This document shows positions 48,174 through 57,996 of a DNA stretch of 64,000 nucleotides, piece by piece. Made by a program: the position numbers and the translations under genes. Below the pieces are notes generated by a model. It had not been told where the DNA came from. It saw nothing but the letters and a program-made list of their open reading frames with translations, and did not search any database. The stretch comes from Rebecca billardiae RCC1528. Lineage: Eukaryota > Protista > Haptophyta. The DNA is taken from positions 248,001-312,000 of the forward strand of contig OZ251231.1 of the NCBI GenBank assembly GCA_965240325.2. Reading direction: 5' to 3'. Position 1 is the stretch's first letter. Every line of letters begins with the position of its first letter.

Positions 48174-51100
48174 TCATTCGCCGCCCTTCTCCTGCTGCTG
48201 CTTGCGCGCGTCGAAGTAGAGCGGCACGGTGGTGGCGGTGCAGCGCGGGTTGCCCACCACCACGCCCTGGTTGGTGTAGATCGAGTGGTCGTACACGTGC
48301 ATCGTGTTGGTGCGCGCAATGTCGAACACGGGCGGCGACGCCGTCGAGACGATCGTCGTGCTCGCCTCGATCGCCGCCGGGCTGTGCCCCTCGTTGAGCT
48401 TCCAGTGCCCCAGCAGGTGCGTGTCGTGCAGGTCGGGCGTGTTGCGGTTCACCCACGTGTTCGCGATCGACTCGGGCACGAGCGCGTGGTCCCACACGCT
48501 CACGTCGCCTGCGCAACCGATCGATCGCGCGCGATCGCGCGCGCGCGCGCGCGCGCGAGCCGGCCGCGCGCCGCCTCAGCCCGCGGGCGCGAGGGCGAGC
48601 GTTGCGCCATGCCCGGCCCACCGCCCGCACGCGCGCGCGCCCCGCCGCGCGCGTGCGCACCGATGGCGCCGATGAACGGCCCGAAGCCGCCGCCGGTCTC
48701 GCAGCCGATCACAAAGCGGTCGAGGTGAGCGGATGAGTGCTGGGACGCCTTGTCGTCGATCTCCTCGTCCTCCTTCACGCCGTTGACGTACACCTGCGCG
48801 CGCACGTGCGGTGGTGTGCGGCGCGGGCGGCGTGGGCGGGCGTGCATGGGGGCGAGGAGGCGCTGCGCGCACGCCGCGCGCGCGCCAGCCGGCCGCGCCG
48901 CGAGGCGGCCGCGGTGCGCGCCCGCCCGCCGCGGCGCCGCATGCCTCACAGCCTGTGCGGCGCGCGTCGGGCGCGCGCGCGCGCGTGCGCACTCACGCGG
49001 AGGAAGAGGAAGTCTGCCTCCGACTCGTCCCGCCCGCCGATCACCAGCGTGCCCACGATGTAGTACCAGTGGTTCTGGTGCAGCTTGGCAGAGGACACGC
49101 ACACCTGCGCCGCAGCGCAGCGCAGCGCAGCGCAGCGCAGCGCAGCGCAGCGCAGCGCAGCGCAGCGCAGCGCAGCGCAGCGCAGCGCACCACAGCGAGG
49201 GGCGCTCCGCGCGGCGCCGTGAGCGGCAGGCGTCTGGCAACGGCAGCGCCGGCCTCAAGTGGCGCGGGGCGGGGGCGCGCGCGATGCGGCCGCGCGGGGC
49301 GCGGCTCCCGTGCGCGTCACTGGCGCACCGCACCATGTGCGTCTCGCCGTGGTTGAGGGAGAGCGCGTGCTCCACGCGGCCCTCCGCCGTGAGCCGCAGC
49401 TGGTGCGACCACTCCGCCTGGCGCGCGGCGCGGCGCGACACAACACGCGGCACACACGCACACACCACACGGCACGCGCGCGGCACACGCGCGCGACACA
49501 CGCACACCACACGCGGCACACACGCACACACCACACGGCACGCGAGCGACACGCGCGAGCGGCAGACACGTGACACGCGTGACACGCGTGACACGCGTGA
49601 CACGCGAGCGCGCGCGCGCTTGATGCGCTCCGCCGGGCGCAACGGCCGGCGAGGCGGGGCGGCGGGCGCGCGCGCGCACCTTGGGCCCGGCCGAGGTCGT
49701 CTTGCAGAGGATGCTCATCGGCTGCGTCGCCGCGGTGCACACCCACGCCTCGATCGTGTAGTTTCCCGGAAGCTTCGCGCCCGGCTGAGGAACCACCACC
49801 TCGATGCCGTCGTCCTGCAGCATCATGTGGCCGAGGGGCGTGTACACCTGCGGCAGCGTGGACGGCTCGTGGCCGTCGCCGAACCTAGGCGGCGGAGCGC
49901 GTGCATGGAAGGCGGGGAAGGGGGGCAGCCGCGTGAGCGAGGCGCGGCGCGCGAGACGCGGCGCGCGCACGCCCGGCGCGCGCCCGAGCGCGGCGCGCGG
50001 TGCGCCCGCGCGCGCGCCGCCGCTTACATCAGCACGAGCTGCTTGCCCTGCACGCACAGGCTGTGGCCGGTGCGCGCGGCGGAGGAAGCGTGTGTGGACG
50101 AGCTGAGACGCTCGGCCTCCACGCCAGCTGCGGGGCGGTGAGGCACGGCCGGGGGCGGGGGCGCGAGCGTGGGCCGAGCGTGCGCACGCGCGCACGCCGC
50201 GCGCGCCGCAGCCGCCAAGGCGCGTGCAGCCCGCGCGCACGCCACCCCGCCGCGCATGCACGCCCTCACGGCGCGCGCGCGCGCGCGCGCGCACCCGTCT
50301 GCCGGATCTTGGAGTACATCGTGCCAAACTCCACGAGCGCGACCTCGTTCAGGATCGAGCCACCGCCCGCCGCGCTCGCGGACGTGGCGCCACCCGGCGC
50401 CGCGTGCGCGCCCTCGCCTTCGCCGCCCTCGGCGCCGCCGTCCGCGGCCGCGTCCGCGCCCGTGCCCAGCGCGATGACGAGGTGCTTGCCCCAGAGCGTC
50501 GCGGAGTGGCCGCGCCGCGGCCGCGGCCTCGGGCCGGTCAGCGTCGGCACCGACCACTCGCGCGTGCCCAGGTCGAAGACATAGAGCGAGCCCAGGACTG
50601 AGAGAGGCGGAGTGCCGGACTCTGAACCGTGTTCGCGCGCGCCGCCACCGCTGCCGCCGCCGCCGCCGCCGCCGCCCCAGTTGGCGTGCACGCCGCCGGT
50701 CTGCCCGCCGAAGACGAAGAGCCGGCTGCCGACGGGCGTGAGCGTGTGGCCCCAGCTGCGTGCGTCGAGCCGCAGCACACGGAAGGGTTAGGGTTAGGGT
50801 GTTAGGGTTAGGGCGCGCGCACGGAAGGGTCGGCGGCGCGCGCGGCGCGGTGCAGCGGCGCGCGTGAGCAAGCGCGCCGGCCACGCCGTGCGCGAGAGCG
50901 CGCGAGCGTGGCGTGCGCCGGCGGCGCACCGCGGCATGGGCACGCTGTGCCCGGGCGCGGGCACCGCCGCCAGCTTGTCCCACGTGCTCGTCGTCGTCGA
51001 GAAGACATACAAGTCCCCGTACGCGTGCGCGAGATGCGATCTCCCCGCGCGCCCTCCGAACAGGTACAGCTTGGAGGAGTGCGCGGAGAGAGAGTGGCCG

Positions 51101-52714
51101 CACAGCGCGGGCGGCGCCGAGCCCTTCACGGCCGGCGTGGACCACGAGTGCGCCTCGATGTCGAGCACCTGCGCGGACGGCCGCGCGCGTGCGGCTGCCG
51201 TCGAGCCGGGCCGCGGCCGCGAGCGCGCGCGGGCGCGGGCGCGGGCCGCGCAGACGCGCGGCGCGGCGCAGCGCGCGGCGGCGCACCCAGAGCGTGTTGT
51301 CCATGTGGTGGTCCGCCTCGCCCTGGCTGCCGTCGCCTGGCGGCCCGCCGTCCTCCGGCTGCGCGTACCGCTCGGCGATGAAGTGCGACTCCGCCTCCGC
51401 AATCTCGAGCGTGGCCCCGCCGTGCAAAAAGAGGCGCTTGCCCAGCAGGCAGCATGCGTATTCGCTCCGGTCCGAGGGCGCCTGCGGCGCGGGCGGCGGG
51501 AACTGCCCCTTCAGCCGCAGCTGCGAGAAGCGCAGGTTGGGCGTGTGCAGCGTCCACGCCAGCTGCAGGTGCTGCCCGAGCAGCAGCAAGTCCGTAGGGC
51601 TGCGCTCGAGTGCGCAGCAGCGGCCGGCGGCGGGGCGCGCCGCGCGCGCGCGCGCGGCGGTGAGCGGGCCGCGCGCGCCGGGCGAGGGAGGCGGTGGACG
51701 CGCGCGCGCGGCGCGCCCGCACCTCGCCACGAGCGCGCGCAGCGTCGACGGCTCCACCTCGTCCGCGGGCGGCGCCGCGCCGTTCACGTACGACGGGCGC
51801 ATCCACTTGAAGGTCGGCGGCAGCGTGCTGTCTGTCGCGACGCACTCGAACGGCGAGCCGACCACGTGGTCGCCGTCGATGGTGATGTCGACGGTGTACG
51901 CGCCGCGCTTGGGCAGGGCGTACGTCACGGCGTACGTGCCGTCGTTGTGGTCCGTCACCTGCGTGCGATGCGCGCGAGGGCGCGAGAGGGCGCGCCGCGT
52001 GAGCGCGCCGCTCCCGCCCACAGTGGCTGGCCGCACGCGCGGGGCCGGCCGCCCCCAACGCGCGCGGCAGCGGCAGGAGGGGCGTTGCGCGCGCGCGCGG
52101 CACGCCCAGCCCCTCCTCAGCCGGCGTGCTCGGCCGACGTCCCACACGCGCACACGCGCGCACACGCGCCACGCGGCGCCGCGCGCTCGCGCGACGCGCC
52201 TCACCTCCGCCTTCATCACAGCGCCCGCCTCGCTCGTGAGCGCGACGCTGAGGTCCTCGCCGCCGTTGCGGATGGGCATGCCGAAGTTGTCGCGGCAGTA
52301 GACGGTGAAGCCCGCGTGCACGCGCGGCGTGCACGATGTCAGACCCGCGCCGGCCACCGTGCACATCTCGGGCACCGCGGCGATCGCGGTCAGGAAGGCG
52401 GAAGTCCCGTTCTTCTTCGAGCCCGCGCGGTACGCGGCGTCGTCGAGGAGGAGGACGCGGACGCGCGGGTTGGTCTCGCCCTCGGCGATCTGGAGCCGGT
52501 TCACCGTCTTGGTCGGCGGGATCCGCCGACCCGCGTCGTCCTCGAGCCCGACGGGCACGTGCTTGCGCGCGACGTCGCCAAAGCTGCCGTCGTGCACGGC
52601 GAGCATGTCGTCATACCGCTGCGTCGCGACCATCGCGAGCCACTTGACGCGCTGGTACCCGTCGCCGCAGTCGATGAGGATCACGCGGTCGCGCACGAGC
52701 GCTTGCACCTTCAT
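48174..52714 (-). CDS. Multidomain protein: Par3/HAL-N-like + filamin Ig repeat + kelch repeats + LamG/ConA-like; 11 exons (52714-52205, 51958-51723, 51599-51287, 51168-50930, 50755-50295, 50127-50028, 49884-49680, 49417-49334, 49104-48997, 48793-48661, 48508-48174)
   Basis: Ten GT..AG introns give a continuous frame. VTDHNDGTYAVTY..HVVGSPF (filamin); LYLFGG, LFVFGG, RRGHSATLW (kelch); YTIEAWV, WYYIVGT, VYVNG, DVSVWD, LLGHWKLNEG (LamG). Confidence 0.85.
49111..49188. repeat. (GCGCA)n pentanucleotide microsatellite in an intron
   Basis: About 15 perfect units. Confidence 0.92.
49438..49610. repeat. Intronic CA-rich minisatellite (gacacgcgt x4 plus a larger duplicated unit)
   Basis: Directly visible. 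Confidence 0.8.
50784..50813 (+). repeat. Interstitial telomeric-like (TTAGGG)n in an intron
   Basis: agggttagggttagggtgttagggttaggg, bracketed by the direct repeat cacggaagggt (50778-50788, 50820-50830). Confidence 0.85.
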
Positions 52715-52870
52715 GCTGCGCCCCGGGCGTGCGCGCGCGCGAGTGTGGTTTCAAGCGAGACGCCCTCAGCGCGCGGGCTGCGCCGCCATGCGCTGGTGCA
52801 AACGAAACAACCGCGCGTCCGGACAGCTCACAGCTGTCACCCCAGGCAAGGGAGTCAAGGGTGCCCGCGC

Positions 52871-53930
52871 CCCAGTGGCGCGCTCGGCGGATGTTGGGAT
52901 ACACCTTTTTGCCGCGGCCTGCGGCGGGCGGCGGCGAGGGCGTGCTCCGCTGGCGGGGCGAGCGCACGGGGCACGGCGCTGCGGGCGCGGATGTGCCCGC
53001 GAAGCCGGCGCGTGCAGACGGGCTGTTGCGGGAGAGTATTCGGCGCCCTCCTGCGCCGCGCGACTTGCGCCACGCCTCTTTCGCCTCGGCTCAGAGCAGC
53101 GCGCACGCACGCGCCGCCTCAAGGCCAGCCTTGCCGCGCCGCAGCCGGCCGCGCGCGCGCCGTGCGCGGCGCGGTCGGGAAGGAACGGGCGCTGCTGCCG
53201 GGCGAGATGGCAAACGCATGTGCGCACGCCATGCCGCCCCGCGGCGCCGCGAAAGAGCACGAGAACGGATCCGCACAGCTGTTGACGAGTGCTGATCACT
53301 TGTCGTGCACGAAGCCAGACCTGAGCTCGCAGAAGATGATGAAAGAGCATCAGCGCGAGGAAAGCGTCGCACCCAGCACTTCTACATGAACACGCGGTGA
53401 TGAACATGCATGTAAGAGTAGCCCGCGTGCCCGTCTGGCACTATTCTGTGTCTCAATGATCGTCCCAACAAGGGTCACGACCGCGCAGCCGTGCACACCA
53501 TTTGTGACAAGTCGAAGAGGCATGCAAACAGACCGACGACACGCTCATCAAGGCGCCGCGGGGCGGCATGGCGTGCGCACATGCGTTTGCCATCTCGCCC
53601 GGCAGCAGCGCCCGTTCCTTCCCGACCGCGCCGCGCACGGCGCGCGCGCGGCCGGCTGCGGCGCGGCAAGGCTGGCCTTGAGGCGGCGCGTGCGTGCGCG
53701 CTGCTCTGAGCCGAGGCGAAAGAGGCGTGGCGCAAGTCGCGCGGCGCAGGAGGGCGCCGAATACTCTCCCGCAACAGCCCGTCTGCACGCGCCGGCTTCG
53801 CGGGCACATCCGCGCCCGCAGCGCCGTGCCCCGTGCGCTCGCCCCGCCAGCGGAGCACGCCCTCGCCGCCGCCCGCCGCAGGCCGCGGGCAAAAAGGTGT
53901 ATCCCAACATCCGCCGAGCGCGCCACTGGG
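52871..53930. mobile_element. Foldback element: ~380-bp near-perfect inverted arms with ~300-bp spacer
   Basis: 52871-53248 is the reverse complement of 53552-53930; third copy at 31083. Confidence 0.9.
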
Positions 53931-54042
53931 ATGGGCAGATTCGCCGAATGGCCTCAACCTTCGCTTCTTCGCCGAATTCGCCGAATTCGCCGAATTCGCC
54001 GAATATGGCGAATTTCTGCGTAGCGAACATTTCCGCGCTGCA

Positions 54043-54291
54043 TATATATATATTTAACGACGTGGTATGCAACGGGCAAGCGTCAGGCTCAGAGTGCAGC
54101 AGACACATATAGAATGCGTCCGCGCCTTCCGACCAGGTCAGGCAGTGCGCCACCCGCAGCCCTGCCCCCCTACGGGAGCGGGGGCGGGATGCGGAGCACC
54201 GCCTCGGCCTGGGGCACGCGGCGGCGACGGCAGATGCCGCCGCGGCCGAGCGCCTTCCGGAGCACTTGGATGAGGCTGATATATATATATC
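54043..54291 (-). mobile_element. (TA)n-flanked ~225-bp dispersed repeat
   Basis: Matches 61025-61243; (TA)n on both sides. Confidence 0.8.
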
Positions 54292-55055
54292 ATCCCAATA
54301 GGCTACAGAGGGCCGCGTGACACAGTCAGCGGCCTGTGTGCGCCACGGCAGGCGCGTCAGGCGGTCTGCCGTGCATGCGGAGCCTATCTGCCTGTCTACT
54401 CAGAGTACTCTGATCCGAGTCGTCGGAGTCGAGGCCAGACGCGGTCGCCGCCCGCCCGCCGCGGGCCTGCGCCGCCGCCGCCGCGCCGCCGCCGCCGCCG
54501 CCTCCTCTGCAGGAGTGCAGCAGCGTAGGCGATGGCAGCCTTGGCTGGGCGCGCTTGAGGTTGACGAGCAGAGGGACGACGAGGGCAGCTCGCTGGCGTC
54601 GCACGACACCTCGTCTGAGAGCGACGGCAGTGATGCAGCCGGCGTCCCCATGCGGGGTGACTCGGGCAGCGAGGATGTGACGAGGTCGAACCAGAGGCGG
54701 CTGTTTCCGGTGAGAGCGCAGCGATGATGATGGCGACTGACGACGCTAGCGCCGTTGTCAGGCCGTGCGCAATGGGCTAGTCAACTAGCAACCCGTACAG
54801 CCATGCGCTGCCGCAGCATGGCGCCAGCTTATACCGGGTAGCTAGTACTATCTGCATTGAGGTGATGAGTCCGGGGGCGTCGCACACCCGACTGACCTCC
54901 CGGACAGGGGCATTCGCCACCTTCGCCGAATGCGCCCAGCCTTCGCCGTTCGCCGATTCGGCGAATTCGGCGAATTGAAAATTCGGCGATTCGCTTGCGC
55001 CCATCCCTGTGTCACCCCACGGCCAGGACCGTCCGCGCGCTCCGCGACGGCGGCC

Positions 55056-56222
55056 ATGCAGATTGCCAAGACGTGGCGCGGCGTCGCCGGCGCGGCTCGG
55101 CGCACCACGCCGGCGTGGCGGAGCAGCGCGCCCCGCGCGAGCGCGGTCATCCTCGCCGCCCTCGCGGCCAACGCCGCTGCCGCTCCGCTCAACGCGCCCG
55201 CCGCCTCCGAGCTGCCCCGGCAGGCATTGGCCGGGCGCGAGGCGTTTGCGGACGCGATGCGCGCCGGCGGCGCCGAGCCGATGCCGAACGCGGAGGTGCG
55301 GAACAACCCGCTCATGTTCCGCCAGTTCACGGACTACGTGGCCGCGTGGAACCTCGCCGACCGGCCGCGCACGATCGCCCTCCTCGTCGACGACATGCAG
55401 ATTGAGTACTCGCAGTATGTCGAAGGCATCCTGCCACAGGTGGCCGCGCTCGTCCGAGCGTTCCGCGCGGCGGGGCTGCCGATCTTCTGGTCGGTGTGGT
55501 GGCGGTGGGGCCCGGACGACGGGTACTTCAACGCGATGGACCGCTTCTACGGCCCCGGCGGCGTGCGCTCGCGCGTCAACGCGCTGTACAACTACGACCC
55601 GCATGGCGCGGACATCATTGCGGCCGCGGGCCCGGTCTCCGAGTCCGAGCGCGCGCGCGTGATGCGCAAGTCGTACAGCCTCTCGATGTTTGACGAGCGC
55701 GCAATGGAGTGGGCGGAGCCCGCGGCGCAGGGCACGCTCGACGCCGAGCTCCGCGCCCTCGGCGTCGACACCGTCGTGCAGGTGGGCGCGTGGACAGACG
55801 ACTGCATCATCGCCACCGCCTTCCAAGCGCTCAGCCTGCAATACGACGTCGTCGTCGTCGAGGACGGCGTCTCCACCGCGTCGAGGAACCACTTCGCCGC
55901 GCTCGAGGTGATGAGAGGCGCGGCGGCGAAGGTGCTCACGACCGCGCAGGTGCTCGCGCACCTCAACGGCACGGCGCCGCCCCATCCCGCGGAGGCCACG
56001 GCACCGCTCCTGCGCGCGCCCGCGCCACGGCCCCGGCGCGGCACGGACGAGCGCGGCACGGAGCTGGGCAGCGCGCGGGCGTCCGCAGCGCTGCACGTGC
56101 TCGACTCGGTCGTTGTCGCGGCGCTCGCGGGCGCGCTTGGCTACATCCTCGGCCGCCAGCGCGCCGCACGCTCGAGGTCCACGCGCGGGGCATGCTCTCA
56201 GAGCCTGCTCGAACGCGAATGA
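55056..56222 (+). CDS. Isochorismatase/cysteine hydrolase family protein with C-terminal TM
   Basis: IALLVDDMQ (Asp), RKSYSLSMF (Lys), LRALGVDTVVQVGAWTDDCI (Cys), YDVVVVEDGVST. Confidence 0.88.
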   Translation: MQIAKTWRGVAGAARRTTPAWRSSAPRASAVILAALAANAAAAPLNAPAASELPRQALAGREAFADAMRAGGAEPMPNAEVRNNPLMFRQFTDYVAAWNLADRPRTIALLVDDMQIEYSQYVEGILPQVAALVRAFRAAGLPIFWSVWWRWGPDDGYFNAMDRFYGPGGVRSRVNALYNYDPHGADIIAAAGPVSESERARVMRKSYSLSMFDERAMEWAEPAAQGTLDAELRALGVDTVVQVGAWTDDCIIATAFQALSLQYDVVVVEDGVSTASRNHFAALEVMRGAAAKVLTTAQVLAHLNGTAPPHPAEATAPLLRAPAPRPRRGTDERGTELGSARASAALHVLDSVVVAALAGALGYILGRQRAARSRSTRGACSQSLLERE

Positions 56223-56339
56223 CGGCGCGACCCCTACCCGGTAGGCTTCGCGTCGTCATCGGCATGGTCGTACTAAGGTACTCGTCGTCAGAGTCGTCGT
56301 CGCTGACATGGCGGCGGCTGAATTCCAGCAGCAAATTGC

Positions 56340-57965
56340 ATGCGCTCGTCAAGCGAAGGGCGCAAGGCTGCGCCGATGAACGATGGCGCTGCGGTGGCCA
56401 CGATACAAGTAGAACGTATGGCTGACGAGGCGGCGCGATCGCTGGCCGACCTGCCCACAGAGATCGTCGAGCGCGTGCTAGCTGCTCTCCAGCTGCGCGA
56501 TCTCGCCGCTTCCAACGCCGCCGCGCGCCTCTTCCGCGGCGCTCCCGGCGGCCGCTCGCCGGTGGAGCACGCGCTGCGCGCGCGCATTTGTGCGCGCGGG
56601 CACGAGCGCGCCATCCCAACGGCCCTCCCGCCGGGCGCCTGCACGTGGACGGCCGCGCTGATGGCACTCGAGTGCGTGTACGAGCTCGCATGTGCGCACG
56701 CGAGCACCGTCGCGTGCTCGTGCGCCCCGCCGCAACATCAGCACCACTTCAGCGCGGTCGCTGGCGCCGACGGCGGCCTGTACACGTGCGGCGAGCGGCT
56801 GACGTACTCGGATGACGGAGCGGGATGGCGGCGATCCGCGTACGAGGCGCACCGTGCGCTGGGCCATACGGGCGAGCTGGACGCGCCGCCGGTGTGCGTG
56901 CCCACGCGTGTGGCCTCGCTGAGCTCAGTGCGCGTGGTCGCGGTAGCGGCTGGCGATGCCCACCTGCTCGCGCTGAGCGAGGCCGGCGCCGTGTACACAT
57001 GCGGCGACTTGTTCTGCCGCGATCCGGGGCTGCGTGACCAGCGGGCGCGCAGTGCGCCTGAGCTGGTGCGGGCGCTGGCGAGCGACGTCGTCGTGTGCAT
57101 CGCTGCGGGCTCTGGGCACAGCCTCGCGCTCACAGCAGCCGGCAGTGCGTACAGCTGGGGCTTCAACGGCGAGGGCCAGCTCGGCCACGGCGACACGGAG
57201 GACCGGCTCGAGCCGACGCGCATCGAGGCGGTGGCCGGCGTGCGGCTCGGTGGGATCGCCGCGGGCCAACACTACACGCTGCTGCTCTCGACCGACGGAG
57301 TGGTCCGTGGCTGTGGCAGCGATCGCCAAGGCCAGCTCTGCTTCACGCCCACCGCGCAGCAACGGCGAGACCCACAGCTGAACTCGCCGCAACGGCTGGC
57401 GGCGCTCGCAGGAGTGCGCGCCGTGCACGTGGCCGCGGGCGGCGGGCACAGCCTGGTGGTGGACGCAGCGGGCGGCGTGCACTCCTTCGGAGCTGGGTAC
57501 GTCGGTGCCCTCGGCCACGGCGACCCCGAGCGTCGGCGCGTGCCCAGGCGTGTCGAGGCGCTGGCGGGCGTGCGAGCCGTGCGCGCGAGCTGTGGTCACA
57601 CCGGTAGCGCGGTGCTGGGCGCGGACGGCAGTGTGCACACGTTCGGGGGCAACCGCAACGGCCAGCTTGGCTTCGGGCGCAAACACGAGAGCCGGTACTT
57701 GCCTGAGCGCGTGCACGCGTTGGCGCGTGCCAGCGTCGTGGGCTGCTCGCTCGGCGATCGCCACTCGCTCTTTGTGACTGCCGATGGCGGCGTGCACGCG
57801 TGTGGCAGGCGGTGTGCAGCGCTCGGGCTCGGTCTGAGCGCAACGCCGCCGGACGATGATGACGACAGGTTGCAGGCGGCCGACCCCGATGTCGATACGC
57901 CTACACGTATCGCGGATTTGGTCGCCCGAGCTGAGCTCAGGCTGAGTGACTCTGCTCACTGCTGA
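56340..57965 (+). CDS. F-box + RCC1-repeat (UVR8/HERC-like beta-propeller) protein
   Basis: LADLPTEIVERVLAAL (F-box); repeats IAAGSGHSLALTAAGSAYSWGFNGEGQLGHG, VAAGGGHSL.., FGGNRNGQLG; start could be a downstream Met. Confidence 0.9.
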   Translation: MRSSSEGRKAAPMNDGAAVATIQVERMADEAARSLADLPTEIVERVLAALQLRDLAASNAAARLFRGAPGGRSPVEHALRARICARGHERAIPTALPPGACTWTAALMALECVYELACAHASTVACSCAPPQHQHHFSAVAGADGGLYTCGERLTYSDDGAGWRRSAYEAHRALGHTGELDAPPVCVPTRVASLSSVRVVAVAAGDAHLLALSEAGAVYTCGDLFCRDPGLRDQRARSAPELVRALASDVVVCIAAGSGHSLALTAAGSAYSWGFNGEGQLGHGDTEDRLEPTRIEAVAGVRLGGIAAGQHYTLLLSTDGVVRGCGSDRQGQLCFTPTAQQRRDPQLNSPQRLAALAGVRAVHVAAGGGHSLVVDAAGGVHSFGAGYVGALGHGDPERRRVPRRVEALAGVRAVRASCGHTGSAVLGADGSVHTFGGNRNGQLGFGRKHESRYLPERVHALARASVVGCSLGDRHSLFVTADGGVHACGRRCAALGLGLSATPPDDDDDRLQAADPDVDTPTRIADLVARAELRLSDSAHC

Positions 57966-57996
57966 TGCAGCGGCATATATTGACGACTACTATATA

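Larger units (their letters stand above)
52843..55009. mobile_element. Non-autonomous hAT-type element (TIR CAGGGATGGGC, 8-bp TSD TGTCACCC) with nested insertions
   Basis: TGTCACCC at 52835-52842 and 55010-55017; right end gcccatccctg; left TIR appears split as cagg(52843)..gggatgggc(53928); TTCGCCGAA subterminal repeats at 53940-54015 and 54910-54990. Confidence 0.72.

Noticed and set aside
53940-54015. TTCGCCGAA repeats as a CRISPR-like array
   Set aside because: 9-bp units without unique spacers, mirrored at the other end of the element; these are TE subterminal repeats
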